Positions 49,488 through 58,377 are shown, counted from the stretch's first letter. The stretch is 64,000 bases of DNA from SAR202 cluster bacterium (GCA_009391535.1 VFHP01000013.1:16-64015); one strand, 5' to 3'. A program made the numbers and translations. Notes: generated from the sequence alone by a model not told the origin.

Positions 49488-50464
49488 TATTTCTTGTCTA
49501 TTGTAACATCCTGTTTGCTTTTGTCAAGCTCTGGAAGAGTAGGAAATTTCTTTGAGTCGGCAGAAATTGACTTCTCGCCTTCTTTTCCTTCGTCCTTCTT
49601 TACTTCGCCTTCGATGGGAAGTTTTAGGATATCTTCTAAAGAGGGGACTTGTACGGTCTCGTCAACAGCCCATCCAATACCATTCTTGTTGGCGTATTCC
49701 CTGAGCCTTCTTACTGGTACCATTAGATTGAAAGTTTCACCAGCACCCCTTACGAGCATACCTACATATTCTCCCTTTTTATCCCCGGATCGCTCTGTGA
49801 GAAAAATTCCTCCTCCACTGGAACCGGGAAACGCTGTAACGGTTGTCTGGTCGAATACTACACCGTCTCCGCTACCAAGATTTAATACTCTACCGACTTG
49901 AGATACAATCCCTCTTGTCATAGAGTTACTTCCCACCTGTCCTAGTAGTGAGCCTACATGGTATAGTTCCGTTCCGATGGCAACTGGATTCCCTTCGCCT
50001 TTATAAAAACTAATTCCTGCGTCTGTGAAGTTGACCTTTCTGATCATCAATAGTGCTAAGTCTTCTCCCTCTTCGGAATCTGAATATTTCAGAACCTTAG
50101 CGTCCATCTTAACTTCACCCACACGTCTACCGTTTTCTACAAGCTCCTGTACAATTTGGGCGTCTTTGAACTCTACGCTTGTTTTGACCTTACCATCATA
50201 AACAGTATTCCTGACCGTTCTAAGGTTGTCGATGACATGAGCAGCAGTCCAGACAAAATTTATTTTAGCGGTCTTGTTTGGTGCAATCTGAACTTCTCTT
50301 GTAATGATAGTTCCAGAACCCTCGCCTGAACCAGATTTTACAGTAACAGATACTTGCTGGAACTTGTCATATAAACTATCTGGGTCTTGAGCCTGACCAG
50401 AAACGTTGGGCGTAAAGGTTACTGCTAGTAGTAGTGCCACCACTAATTTGTTAAACATCTTCAT
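49487..50464 (-). CDS. secreted trypsin-like serine protease
   Basis: Signal peptide; TAAHV, DLALL, PGSSGGG. Confidence 0.85.
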   Translation of the reverse strand: MKMFNKLVVALLLAVTFTPNVSGQAQDPDSLYDKFQQVSVTVKSGSGEGSGTIITREVQIAPNKTAKINFVWTAAHVIDNLRTVRNTVYDGKVKTSVEFKDAQIVQELVENGRRVGEVKMDAKVLKYSDSEEGEDLALLMIRKVNFTDAGISFYKGEGNPVAIGTELYHVGSLLGQVGSNSMTRGIVSQVGRVLNLGSGDGVVFDQTTVTAFPGSSGGGIFLTERSGDKKGEYVGMLVRGAGETFNLMVPVRRLREYANKNGIGWAVDETVQVPSLEDILKLPIEGEVKKDEGKEGEKSISADSKKFPTLPELDKSKQDVTIDKK

Positions 50465-50474
50465 CCTCCTTTGG

Positions 50475-50690
50475 TTAATTCCCATTTCGTTTTAATAATT
50501 CTGCTATGATATCATGGTCGGGAACCATGACATCATCTTCGTGTTTTTCAAACCCTCGTTCAGAGACTATCCAGCTAATACCAGCAGTCGTCACATTCAT
50601 AACTTCGCTGGCTACAACGCAAGCTTTTAGTTCGCTGTCAGCATTGACGATAGTCTTTCTATCTAGGCATGTAACATAATATTTAGCCAT
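50475..50690 (-). CDS. hypothetical protein
   Basis: AGGA SD before ATG 50690. Confidence 0.5.
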   Translation of the reverse strand: MAKYYVTCLDRKTIVNADSELKACVVASEVMNVTTAGISWIVSERGFEKHEDDVMVPDHDIIAELLKRNGN

Positions 50691-50858
50691 TTGTTTTCCT
50701 ACTCTATGTTGTCGCCACAACAGACAAGTTCCCATCCCTCGTAGAAAATATCCGCAAATACTTCCCACTCCATAACACTAAATCCAAGAACGATGTCTGG
50801 AAAACTCACAGTTAACCAGCTATCAGTGCTAGGCCTTTCAAACCTAGCAGAGTTGTAT

Positions 50859-51074
50859 CTAACATTCTCCGATTCCATCTATTTTGCCGCTTGAGAAATC
50901 AATAGTGACAGATCTAGGTAGTTTATATTCTACAGTAGGTCTACCTCTGCCGGAACTCCTGTTCTCTCCAGAGATCTCGCATACGCCACTCTTAATTAAT
51001 ATCTTCAGAAGCCCGCTGGCCTGTAGATAGTCAACTCCAAATAATTCGGAAATCTCTTTACATGTAACTTTCAT
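50859..51074 (-). CDS. winged-HTH DNA-binding protein
   Basis: EISELFGV...GRGRPTVEY. Confidence 0.65.
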   Translation of the reverse strand: MKVTCKEISELFGVDYLQASGLLKILIKSGVCEISGENRSSGRGRPTVEYKLPRSVTIDFSSGKIDGIGEC

Positions 51075-51158
51075 CCGGTGAATCCTCCATACCTATTATA
51101 GCTAAATATGGCGAACAGCACCCATTTTTTTAAATAATTATTGACTTTTACACATAAT

Positions 51159-51428
51159 TCAGGATTTACGTCTTTTCCATGAGAACACTTTATTTAACCA
51201 AGCCTTACGCTTGCTACAGTTACATTCCTGTAGATTGAACCAGTTCTTAAATCTCTCTTCAGTAATACCGAGAGTACTTAGTGCTGATTCCACCATATCC
51301 CCAAGCCCAGCCATGTCACTTGCGTTATGTACACTAACACCCTGTCTTTCTAAGAAGTTGATGGTCTTGTCTAGATCTGGTTTTATGCAGTCGTTGTTGG
51401 TTGGTTTGTCGCAGTCGCCGCTCATCAC
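51159..51428 (-). CDS. hypothetical protein
   Basis: GLGDMV...GI...CNC..RK..LN motif. Confidence 0.55.
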   Translation of the reverse strand: MMSGDCDKPTNNDCIKPDLDKTINFLERQGVSVHNASDMAGLGDMVESALSTLGITEERFKNWFNLQECNCSKRKAWLNKVFSWKRRKS

Positions 51429-51436
51429 TCTTTATT

Positions 51437-52066
51437 TCACCTCTTTGCTAATAGTATTAACATGTCCATGTATGTTTCAGAGTCTGGATCTACTGCAACA
51501 ACAGGACTTCCGTTATGCCACAGCTCCCTGTCGTCAAGGTATACAGACTCGCCGTCTCTTAGTATCATATCTACAATAGGTTCAGATTTCCTATCACGAT
51601 ATAATAATAAGTGACCGCCTGTCATATTTTTTCTGGAAACGCCTAGCATGCTTATGTTATCGAAGCCGTCCTGATGAATTCCCTCTGGAGAAAGCTTACC
51701 TCCCTCCTTAGCTAGAACTCTCATCTGGTGAACTTCTATGTTCCCTTGCCAATTAAACTCCTTGTTAAATAGATTGCAGATAAAGGTAAATGCCTTAGAT
51801 CTGACAAAAGATTCCTCAAGTGGTTCAAATACTCTCTTTACGTCTCCCTGAAACTTATTATATTTTGATGATTGTGTGAACTCATTTGTAGAGAGCCTTC
51901 CATACCCCAAAGGCATTAAATGTCCTTCTATAATTGGTGCTACAACTGAGTATCTCCGCAGTCTATATTTTCCATCCAAGTGATTCGTTTCTGGTAAGTT
52001 ATTATGATAAGGGGTGATTTCATCTATCACCCAGTCAGGTAATTTTCTTACTTGGAACAGTCTCAT
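51437..52066 (-). CDS. 2OG-Fe(II) dioxygenase family protein
   Basis: R.RRYS, HQMRV, PEGIHQDG, D...WH. Confidence 0.8.
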   Translation of the reverse strand: MRLFQVRKLPDWVIDEITPYHNNLPETNHLDGKYRLRRYSVVAPIIEGHLMPLGYGRLSTNEFTQSSKYNKFQGDVKRVFEPLEESFVRSKAFTFICNLFNKEFNWQGNIEVHQMRVLAKEGGKLSPEGIHQDGFDNISMLGVSRKNMTGGHLLLYRDRKSEPIVDMILRDGESVYLDDRELWHNGSPVVAVDPDSETYMDMLILLAKR

Positions 52067-52075
52067 GGTTGTCTC

Positions 52076-52447
52076 CTAAAATCCAAATTGAAAGTAGAAA
52101 CCTTGGAATGGCGCTGGGTATACTGGTTGAGGATATGTAATAACCGGAGGATTGTAATAGGGGTTGATTACTGGAGGTCTGTAAACTCTATAGAATCCAT
52201 GTAGTGGGTGAAACCTAGTCTCCACAGAGGGGTAGTAGAATGGATGTACATAGGGTCTGTAATAATTATTAGGCCTAATGGTTTGCTGTTGTGGACGAGA
52301 ATTTTGCCACTCTTGTTTACCTACACCCAGTCTATTTCCAACTAGAGGTCTAGGCTGAGGAGGTTTAATAATACGATTAGGCTCCTGTGCATCACATGTT
52401 GCAGATGAAAATAGTAATACAATTACTGATAGAATAGCGGATTTCAT
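52076..52447 (-). CDS. signal-peptide, Tyr/Pro-rich low-complexity protein
   Basis: Signal ending CDA-Q; YYRPY/YYPS/YNPP; C-terminal FYFQFGF. Confidence 0.65.
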   Translation of the reverse strand: MKSAILSVIVLLFSSATCDAQEPNRIIKPPQPRPLVGNRLGVGKQEWQNSRPQQQTIRPNNYYRPYVHPFYYPSVETRFHPLHGFYRVYRPPVINPYYNPPVITYPQPVYPAPFQGFYFQFGF

Positions 52448-52719
52448 AGATTTCCTCCTTTTGTGGGTTTTATGCCCATTTTCTTCTAGTTTCTATTTTT
52501 TTATTGGGTTTTCTACCCTAATGCTCTACTTAATTATACACGTTAGATATGCCATTTCGGATACTCAAAGGGTAGTACGACATACAATATATACCATTAT
52601 AACACTATATACAGTATTAAAAGACCCCCTATACCACAAAGGATACAGGAGGTCTAAGGGGAGAGAAAAATATTGATTTGAACCTGCTGGCATGGCAATA
52701 AGCACAAAGTACGCGCATG

Positions 52720-53028
52720 TTATTCGTCGAGTGAGTGATTTATAGCTAATTCTAGTAAGACGACATATTCATCTACTTGTCTAGGGGTCATTTCAATACC
52801 TTCTTCTGCTAAGTGCATACGCCATCGTAATTTCTCTTTAAGAGTCATAGTGGACATTCTAACCATTTGAGCAAGGGCAAAATCGTCTCCAGACTTCAGT
52901 TGAGTTACCAGATCGACAAACGTTTCATAAGCATCGTTAATCTCTGTAGAAGAATTAGAATCAAGACCTATTGTTTCTTCCTTTGCTTTAACAAACATAT
53001 CTGTGAAGTAAGTAATATTCATATTCAT
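52720..53028 (-). CDS. hypothetical protein
   Basis: AAGGAAAG SD. Confidence 0.55.
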   Translation of the reverse strand: MNMNITYFTDMFVKAKEETIGLDSNSSTEINDAYETFVDLVTQLKSGDDFALAQMVRMSTMTLKEKLRWRMHLAEEGIEMTPRQVDEYVVLLELAINHSLDE

Positions 53029-53156
53029 TCTTTCCTTTTGGAAGCAAACGTTTTATTATATAATAGGGGCGGCGACTACAAAAAACAACCCGAATCCGCG
53101 AAAATTCACAAAACAGTTCCGCTTTTGAATAATATCGTTAGCAGATCCCTCGAAGT

Positions 53157-53573
53157 TTAACGTGGTATATAGTCTACCTTACACAGTTTATGTGGGGCGT
53201 TGAACATATTATCTAGGAGCTTAGACTGCTTCTCCTTACCCATATACAGGAACTCGAATCCATGTGATTGTCTTCCGACTCCTATTACAGTCAATCCTTC
53301 CCCATGTTTCTGTTTTATATGATAGATCCCGGCATCTGTAAAATATATCTTATCCCCATTAGACTTGATATAGTAACTACCCGACCTACCAATGACACGA
53401 ATGTAATCCCCTACCTCCAAGGTTCGCCAGTCCTTCACAGGACGCCCTCTACGGTTCTTAGAACGCTTCTTCATCTTAAAGGCATAATCACACTCCTTAC
53501 AGTAGTAGGCGCGCACACCGTTCACTGTACCGCACTCAGGGCACACCTTCTGTCCTCTCTTCTTCTTACCCAT
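53157..53573 (-). CDS. Zn-ribbon basic protein
   Basis: CPECG...CKEC; AAGGAG SD. Confidence 0.65.
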   Translation of the reverse strand: MGKKKRGQKVCPECGTVNGVRAYYCKECDYAFKMKKRSKNRRGRPVKDWRTLEVGDYIRVIGRSGSYYIKSNGDKIYFTDAGIYHIKQKHGEGLTVIGVGRQSHGFEFLYMGKEKQSKLLDNMFNAPHKLCKVDYIPR

Positions 53574-53821
53574 AATTCTCTCCTTTTTTAGCTGGCTATA
53601 CTATAAACGCTTTCATCCAATTGGGTTTGGTGCGACAGCCACGCTATATGATACAATCTGTATCGGTATTTGTCAACTAGATTCTTTAGAAAAAATGGTT
53701 TTTCTCGCTGGCTATAACTATTTGGGCGGATCTGAAATGATTAGCAGAGACACTCGGTGGAATATATGGTTAGCCGTGTATAATATACTACCACCCTCTA
53801 GTCGTTAGCGAGGTAATAACT

Positions 53822-54181
53822 ATGATAAGTCCTTGTATAAAGGCGTCGAAGCCTAGTAATAATACTCCGTCTAAAACTATTTCTATCCTCTTCGTATTTT
53901 TGCTTCTATTGATACATACGGCAGATATGTGGCTCACAAGATACTATATTGGAAATTCTTGGGAGCGAGAAATATTTCTACCTATGAGATATTGTATTAA
54001 GTGGTTTGGTGTATATAATGCACTCTGGATATCCCGGATTAGTATATATTCTATCCTCTTCTTATATTTCCTCAACTGGAAGAAATGGAAGTGGCATTAT
54101 TTCTTAATTACCGGGACTATACTCTACTGGGCCGCTATGCTACCGTGGCTCGACACACTCGGATTCTTTAGCTTCCCATAG
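53822..54181 (+). CDS. DUF5658-like membrane protein (only convincing plus-strand gene)
   Basis: GAGGT SD, upstream GTGTATAAT, ADMWLT...E motif, 3 TM. Confidence 0.55.
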   Translation: MISPCIKASKPSNNTPSKTISILFVFLLLLIHTADMWLTRYYIGNSWEREIFLPMRYCIKWFGVYNALWISRISIYSILFLYFLNWKKWKWHYFLITGTILYWAAMLPWLDTLGFFSFP

Positions 54182-54186
54182 ATCCT

Positions 54187-54410
54187 AAAATGGTCTTTTC
54201 TCGCTGGCTGTCACTAAATCACTTGGAACTGATAAGTTGGGCCGGGACAAACGAATTGATACCGGGTTACAAAACGCAACTTTTTCGCTGGCTGTCACTG
54301 AATCACTTGACCGGGGTGAATAGGGGGAGACACCGGGAAACAAGAGGTGGCCGGGCAGGGGAGCTGTACACCGGGATAGAGATTGAGTCTCAATATCAAC
54401 CGGGAGAGAG
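54187..54410 (+). repeat. direct repeats and co-oriented CCGGG cluster
   Basis: TCGCTGGCTGTCACT(A/G)AATCACTTG at 54201-54225 and 54285-54309; seven CCGGG in 54241-54405. Confidence 0.75.
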
Positions 54411-54517
54411 CTGGGCTACATACAGTGGTCAGACTATACCATTATACCATATATCGACACAATGTCCATAAGTCTTGAGTCTATAAGTAGTTAAGTAAAA
54501 TATATGACAGGGCGGTT

Positions 54518-54544
54518 TGGCACAAAAATTGCGGGGTGTTTTTG
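54518..54544 (+). promoter_or_regulatory. sigma54-type -24/-12 box (copy 1 of 5)
   Basis: TGGCACAAAAATTGCGGGGTGTTTTT. Confidence 0.6.
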
Positions 54545-54581
54545 AAAAAAGCCGGGCCGTTTTTTGGCCCGTTGTCAACCC

Positions 54582-54812
54582 CTATTCTTTAGGTTCTCGA
54601 AATAATTTCAATTGGTATTGCTCTATATTTTTGGCCGTTGCTTCTTCATCCCAAGTAGGCCCGACGAAATCCTCAATCATCTCTTGACACATACGCTCTA
54701 GCAATATGCCTTTGCACTCCATGCCCAAGTCGGCTAGGTCATCTTCTGTATAATCATTTTTAAGATACATCAGAGCCATAGTAATAATGTTACGTTCTGT
54801 TTCGTTAAACAT
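54582..54812 (-). CDS. hypothetical protein
   Basis: GGAGGT SD before ATG 54812. Confidence 0.55.
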   Translation of the reverse strand: MFNETERNIITMALMYLKNDYTEDDLADLGMECKGILLERMCQEMIEDFVGPTWDEEATAKNIEQYQLKLFREPKE

Positions 54813-54821
54813 GACACCTCC

Positions 54822-54862
54822 AAAAAGAAAAACCGGCAGCGGCTGCCAACCAACCGCCACCG
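54822..54862 (-). terminator. intrinsic terminator after the DUF932 gene
   Basis: GCCGGTGGCGGT...GCCGCTGCCGGT followed by TTTTCTTTT. Confidence 0.75.
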
Positions 54863-54879
54863 GCCCAACGAAAGGAAAC

Positions 54880-56079
54880 CTAAACCGCAGTCATAAAGAC
54901 TTTCTCAAAGTCCTTATCCTGCATTGAATCGGCACGCTTGAGAATCGCAGACCATCGGCTTGCGTCAGTATCAATCAGGCTACCGCCAACTTCGTCGAAC
55001 TTCACCCATGTAGCAGAGTCAAACTCTTGACCTGCTCTCGTGATTGCGTTGACAACCCCGAACAGGTTACGCTCATGGTTCTCGTAGGTAACGAACTGCT
55101 CAAGAACCGTTGACGCTTCACGCTTGGTGAATCGCTCATCCTTACAGACAGCGGCAATGATGTTTTTCATCGACACATCGCCATTCTCAAATTCACGCAT
55201 AGCGAGGAACTTGGTGATACCGTTAGGCAACAATGGCAACTGGTGTTCAATGTTCTCACCAATCTCAACCTTCAACGCTTCCAAGTCAATCGTACCAATG
55301 TGACGGCGACGAATCTGCTTGCCAGACACTTGACCCCAGATACAACCATTCAGGCAAATGGAACGGAACAGGCTTGGAGTCTGAGAGATACGGCGTTTAC
55401 CAATCTCACAGTTACCAATGCTAATCATTCCACCGTAGTCAGAATCGTCGTCAGTACCATAATCCAGAATGGTATCAGGCAGAAGGATGTTACCATATAT
55501 AGTATCCTCGTCGCCCTTCCAGTGGGACAAACGGCCTTCAGGCATGAACTCTTGGAGAGTCTCAAGATACCAACGGTTGTCAACTGGTGCGTACTTGTCA
55601 GTCACAAATGCGCGGCAAGTCCCATCAGTGTAAGTCCGCAAGCGATACTCTTTATCCTGATTCAATCGACGCAAAGCATTGTTGGCAAGATAGGTCATAA
55701 CGTCAGCATCTTGTGCGTCATAATCTTCCTGCTTTCGCAGTTCACGCATAACGCTAGACGATGGAACGCCAGCCCTAATTGCGAATTGCTCAATGGCATG
55801 GTCGGTTGGGATAAACTCACGGTCACCAACCTTAAAAACAAAGTTGCCGTCAGAATCGACAGAACCTTGAATATCCTTGACAGGTGCGAGAATATCCTCA
55901 CGGTCACGGGCAGCATCATACGCCAGTTCCAACGCATCGTCGTAAGACATCGTTGTGGCGTACCAGTCCTTATGGACATGATGATTCTCAGCGAACCCCA
56001 CGCCAGTCTTACCTTCCAGATTCCTAACGAAGGAACCTTCGGACTTGTCAGCGGTCATTTGCAATTTTTCGTAATTCAT
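54880..56079 (-). CDS. DUF932/DUF945-family phage protein
   Basis: RAFVTDKY...DN, ISIGNCEIG, LFR.ICLNG, R.RH, LFGVVNAIT. Confidence 0.75.
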   Translation of the reverse strand: MNYEKLQMTADKSEGSFVRNLEGKTGVGFAENHHVHKDWYATTMSYDDALELAYDAARDREDILAPVKDIQGSVDSDGNFVFKVGDREFIPTDHAIEQFAIRAGVPSSSVMRELRKQEDYDAQDADVMTYLANNALRRLNQDKEYRLRTYTDGTCRAFVTDKYAPVDNRWYLETLQEFMPEGRLSHWKGDEDTIYGNILLPDTILDYGTDDDSDYGGMISIGNCEIGKRRISQTPSLFRSICLNGCIWGQVSGKQIRRRHIGTIDLEALKVEIGENIEHQLPLLPNGITKFLAMREFENGDVSMKNIIAAVCKDERFTKREASTVLEQFVTYENHERNLFGVVNAITRAGQEFDSATWVKFDEVGGSLIDTDASRWSAILKRADSMQDKDFEKVFMTAV

Positions 56080-56144
56080 TTCAAAACCTTTCATTGAAAA
56101 AACTTGTGCTTATGCCATACATTATAGCATATAAAATCTAAATG

Positions 56145-56360
56145 TCAATCATCCATCGGCGGAAAAAGTTCTTGCCAGCATGAATCGCAGGTTGCCGACA
56201 TCAGCAACTCACGATGACCTTTTGGCAGGTACGGCAGTGCATCCTGAATCAGCGTGCCGGTTCCCCACTTGCGTATGTCATCTGGATCAGCCTTGACAAC
56301 GGTGGTTTCCCTGCACAGGCGGCAGACAAGCTGGTACTCTTGCATCTCTTTCATGGTCAA
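56145..56360 (-). CDS. small Zn-finger protein
   Basis: CRLC...IQDALPYL..G.RELLMS..CDSCW. Confidence 0.6.
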   Translation of the reverse strand: MTMKEMQEYQLVCRLCRETTVVKADPDDIRKWGTGTLIQDALPYLPKGHRELLMSATCDSCWQELFPPMDD

Positions 56361-56463
56361 TCTCCTTTGTTGTTACACTACCATTCTATCATATATATCG
56401 GCAAAGTCAAGCTCTAACCTTGAGATAATTACCAGAAAAACCAGAGTTTTGCGAAAAACTTTT

Positions 56464-56490
56464 TGGCACAAAAATTGCGGGGCGTTTTTT
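56464..56490 (+). promoter_or_regulatory. sigma54-type box (copy 2)
   Basis: TGGCACAAAAATTGCGGGGCGTTTTTT. Confidence 0.6.
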
Positions 56491-56518
56491 GATATATTAT
56501 TCAAGGTACTCCACCATG

Positions 56519-56716
56519 TCACACCCTCTTCTCATTCAACCACGGAAACGCATCTTCTAATTCCTGTGCGCTATCTCTCCCAGCCTCCGCCAAACTTCCT
56601 AAGTCTACGTCTGACTCACCTATGTGAGCTACAGCCATACAGTCCAGCCATGCGTGTGTAATAGCGTCAACTTGTTCATTTGTTAAATTATCCGGCATGT
56701 CGTACCAATCTCCCAC
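56519..56716 (-). CDS. small acidic protein
   Basis: ORF in the early cluster. Confidence 0.5.
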   Translation of the reverse strand: MGDWYDMPDNLTNEQVDAITHAWLDCMAVAHIGESDVDLGSLAEAGRDSAQELEDAFPWLNEKRV

Positions 56717-56820
56717 TCCAAATCATTGTTATCCATTAGCTCGTTTAGATATTCATATACATCTATGTCATCAATATCGTCACGTTCAAAGTCTAAATAT
56801 ATTACTACTGTACTACTCAT
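56683..56820 (-). CDS. small acidic protein (45 aa)
   Basis: Manual translation MSSTVVIYLDFERDDIDD...; starts inside the TTGAAGATGAGT junction. Confidence 0.5.
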   Translation of the reverse strand: MSSTVVIYLDFERDDIDDIDVYEYLNELMDNNDLEWEIGTTCRII

Positions 56821-56896
56821 CTTCAATTTCCACTTTATTTTCTTCAAGCCAATCTAACCAAACCTGCCTCATAATATCCCATCCATCACTACTCAT
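56813..56896 (-). CDS. 27-aa microprotein
   Basis: MSSDGWDIMRQVWLDWLEENKVEIEDE*; starts and ends in junction repeats. Confidence 0.45.
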   Translation of the reverse strand: MSSDGWDIMRQVWLDWLEENKVEIEDE

Positions 56897-57077
56897 CTTC
56901 AACCCCTTTTACCTCAATACCAAGTTCATTATAAGAATAATTAGTAGCTGCTATGCAGGCATCTAAGCTCCAAGCCTCGGCAACAATACCCTCATCACCT
57001 AATTGAATCTCAACAGTAGCACCAGACTCAGGGCTTATCATATGTGGCTCTAAATGTAGGTATATAGTTCTACTCAT
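56889..57077 (-). CDS. small hypothetical protein
   Basis: MSRTIY...GVEDE*. Confidence 0.55.
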   Translation of the reverse strand: MSRTIYLHLEPHMISPESGATVEIQLGDEGIVAEAWSLDACIAATNYSYNELGIEVKGVEDE

Positions 57078-57231
57078 CTTCAATCTCCGGTGGACAATCT
57101 CTATCATCAATGTAATACTGCCAGTCAGCAGGTAGTCCATTAACTTCGACTACCATGCCACCCTCTACAACAATGCTTACTAGCTTATCGCTATCAGCAA
57201 TTTCTCCGGTCTTATAATTAAGATCACTCAT
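57070..57231 (-). CDS. small hypothetical protein
   Basis: MSDLNY...EIEDE*; GAGGAG SD. Confidence 0.55.
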   Translation of the reverse strand: MSDLNYKTGEIADSDKLVSIVVEGGMVVEVNGLPADWQYYIDDRDCPPEIEDE

Positions 57232-57257
57232 CTTCAACTCCTCTATATAGTCTACCA

Positions 57258-57605
57258 TTATACTGGCTTAAACATCAGTGCAGGTCTGTCCATAGGAACC
57301 CGCCGACTTCCCTCTCCCCAAGATATTGTAATCTCACAACGTAAGTGGGTTGCGGATTCAACTACCTTGACCACAAAGCCATGTTTCTCAAATTCGTCAG
57401 CAATCGCATCTCTATGATAGTAGCAATCACTGACAGTAAGACTCGTATAACCCTCTCGTGCTGCTTTCTTTAACCTTCTTCTAACACTTGTAATTCTATT
57501 GCTAAGAGTATGTGAGGAATTGCTCTTACGTTTAGCCTTAGCCGCAAGTTCCCTACAATCCTCTAACAATTTAGAAGGCAAATAATTTTCATACTTCTCA
57601 CTCAT
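57258..57605 (-). CDS. hypothetical protein
   Basis: MSEKYE...ITISW. Confidence 0.55.
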   Translation of the reverse strand: MSEKYENYLPSKLLEDCRELAAKAKRKSNSSHTLSNRITSVRRRLKKAAREGYTSLTVSDCYYHRDAIADEFEKHGFVVKVVESATHLRCEITISWGEGSRRVPMDRPALMFKPV

Positions 57606-57628
57606 CTTCAATCTCTCTTAAAAAGAAA

Positions 57629-57732
57629 ACCGGCTTGTCCGACTTACGCAGCAGGCGCACAGTGCTTTAACGTCCTTAGTCCTGCTACTCGGTTACGGTT
57701 TTGGATCACACCGCACTTGTGACCTCGCCGGT
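57629..57732 (-). ncRNA. putative structured RNA (multi-stem, possible pseudoknot)
   Basis: ACCGGC/GCCGGT closing stem then U-tract; GGTCAC/GTGATC; GTAGCAGG/CCTGCTGC; AGTGC/GCACT. Confidence 0.5.
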
Positions 57733-57745
57733 ATTCCTAGTCAGG

Positions 57746-57913
57746 CTACTCTAGTGTAACGTCACTTCCCATTGCGGCAAACAGGCCATTCAGCCAGTCC
57801 CTTGCACCCTCGTCGTCATCCATATCAATAGGCTTTCCGTCGTCGGTTGCTTCACAATAGTCATGCAGCAAGTTAAAGTCTCCGTGAAAAATAGGTTCTT
57901 CTGGGTTACTCAT
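57746..57913 (-). CDS. small acidic protein (55 aa)
   Basis: Manual translation MSNPEEPIFHGDF...; AAGGAG SD. Confidence 0.5.
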   Translation of the reverse strand: MSNPEEPIFHGDFNLLHDYCEATDDGKPIDMDDDEGARDWLNGLFAAMGSDVTLE

Positions 57914-58091
57914 TCTTTTCTCTCCTTGTGGTTAGAATTACTCCCAACCATCAGCTAACACAAACATTAAAACTAAAAGCAAAATCGCTCCCATAGGCAG
58001 CACTCCTCAAAAGGTTACATCGTACACTCCTTCATTATACCATACATCGTCATTTTGTCAACCAAACTTTAGCTTATCCTGATATATATAG

Positions 58092-58164
58092 TAGGGCTGG
58101 TGAGAATCGAACTCACGACACCCGCCTTATAAGGACGGCGCTCTTACCACTGAGCTACAGCCCC
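58092..58164 (-). tRNA. tRNA-Ile(UAU)
   Basis: Cloverleaf; CCGTC-CT TAT AA-GGCGG; discriminator A; no CCA. Confidence 0.88.
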
Positions 58165-58206
58165 GCAGCGTGCCTTTTTATATCAGAAGGCTAACTGGTT
58201 GTATTG

Positions 58207-58377
58207 TGGAAGGGTGGGATTTATGTATCACCCACAACGTTTCAGGGACAGATATGTCTACGGTTTGACCCGCTTCCCTACTTTGTACCACCTCTAACAG
58301 CCTCATCCATTCGGACATACTCCGTTAGCGGTGTGCCTTTGCGACCTCTGACTAGCTTTCGCTTTCAGCCACCTTCC
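58207..58377 (-). ncRNA. expanded tRNA-like RNA (171 nt)
   Basis: GGAAGG/CCTTCC-A acceptor, TGGCTGA...AAGGCA D-arm, 12-bp anticodon-position stem, branched variable arm, GTGGG/CCCAC T-stem. Confidence 0.6.

Larger units (their letters stand above)
56815..57611 (-). repeat. five copies of the 12-mer TTGAAGATGAGT at gene junctions
   Basis: Plus-strand ACTCATCTTCAA at 56815, 56891, 57072, 57226, 57600. Confidence 0.85.

Noticed and set aside
55243-56097. 284-aa plus-strand ORF
   Set aside because: Antisense shadow of the DUF932 gene with no motif or RBS; the same applies to most other plus-strand ORFs in the track
56815-57611. CRISPR array suggested by the repeated 12-mer and a Cas4-like gene
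   Set aside because: Repeat too short, spacing irregular (76-374 nt), and the intervals are ORFs; no cas1/cas2
58320-58377. c-di-GMP-I riboswitch (GAAA tetraloop, GGUCGCAAAG, CUAA)
   Set aside because: Missing the GGCAAA-type P1 element; the tRNA-like closure explains the region better, though an Rfam scan should confirm
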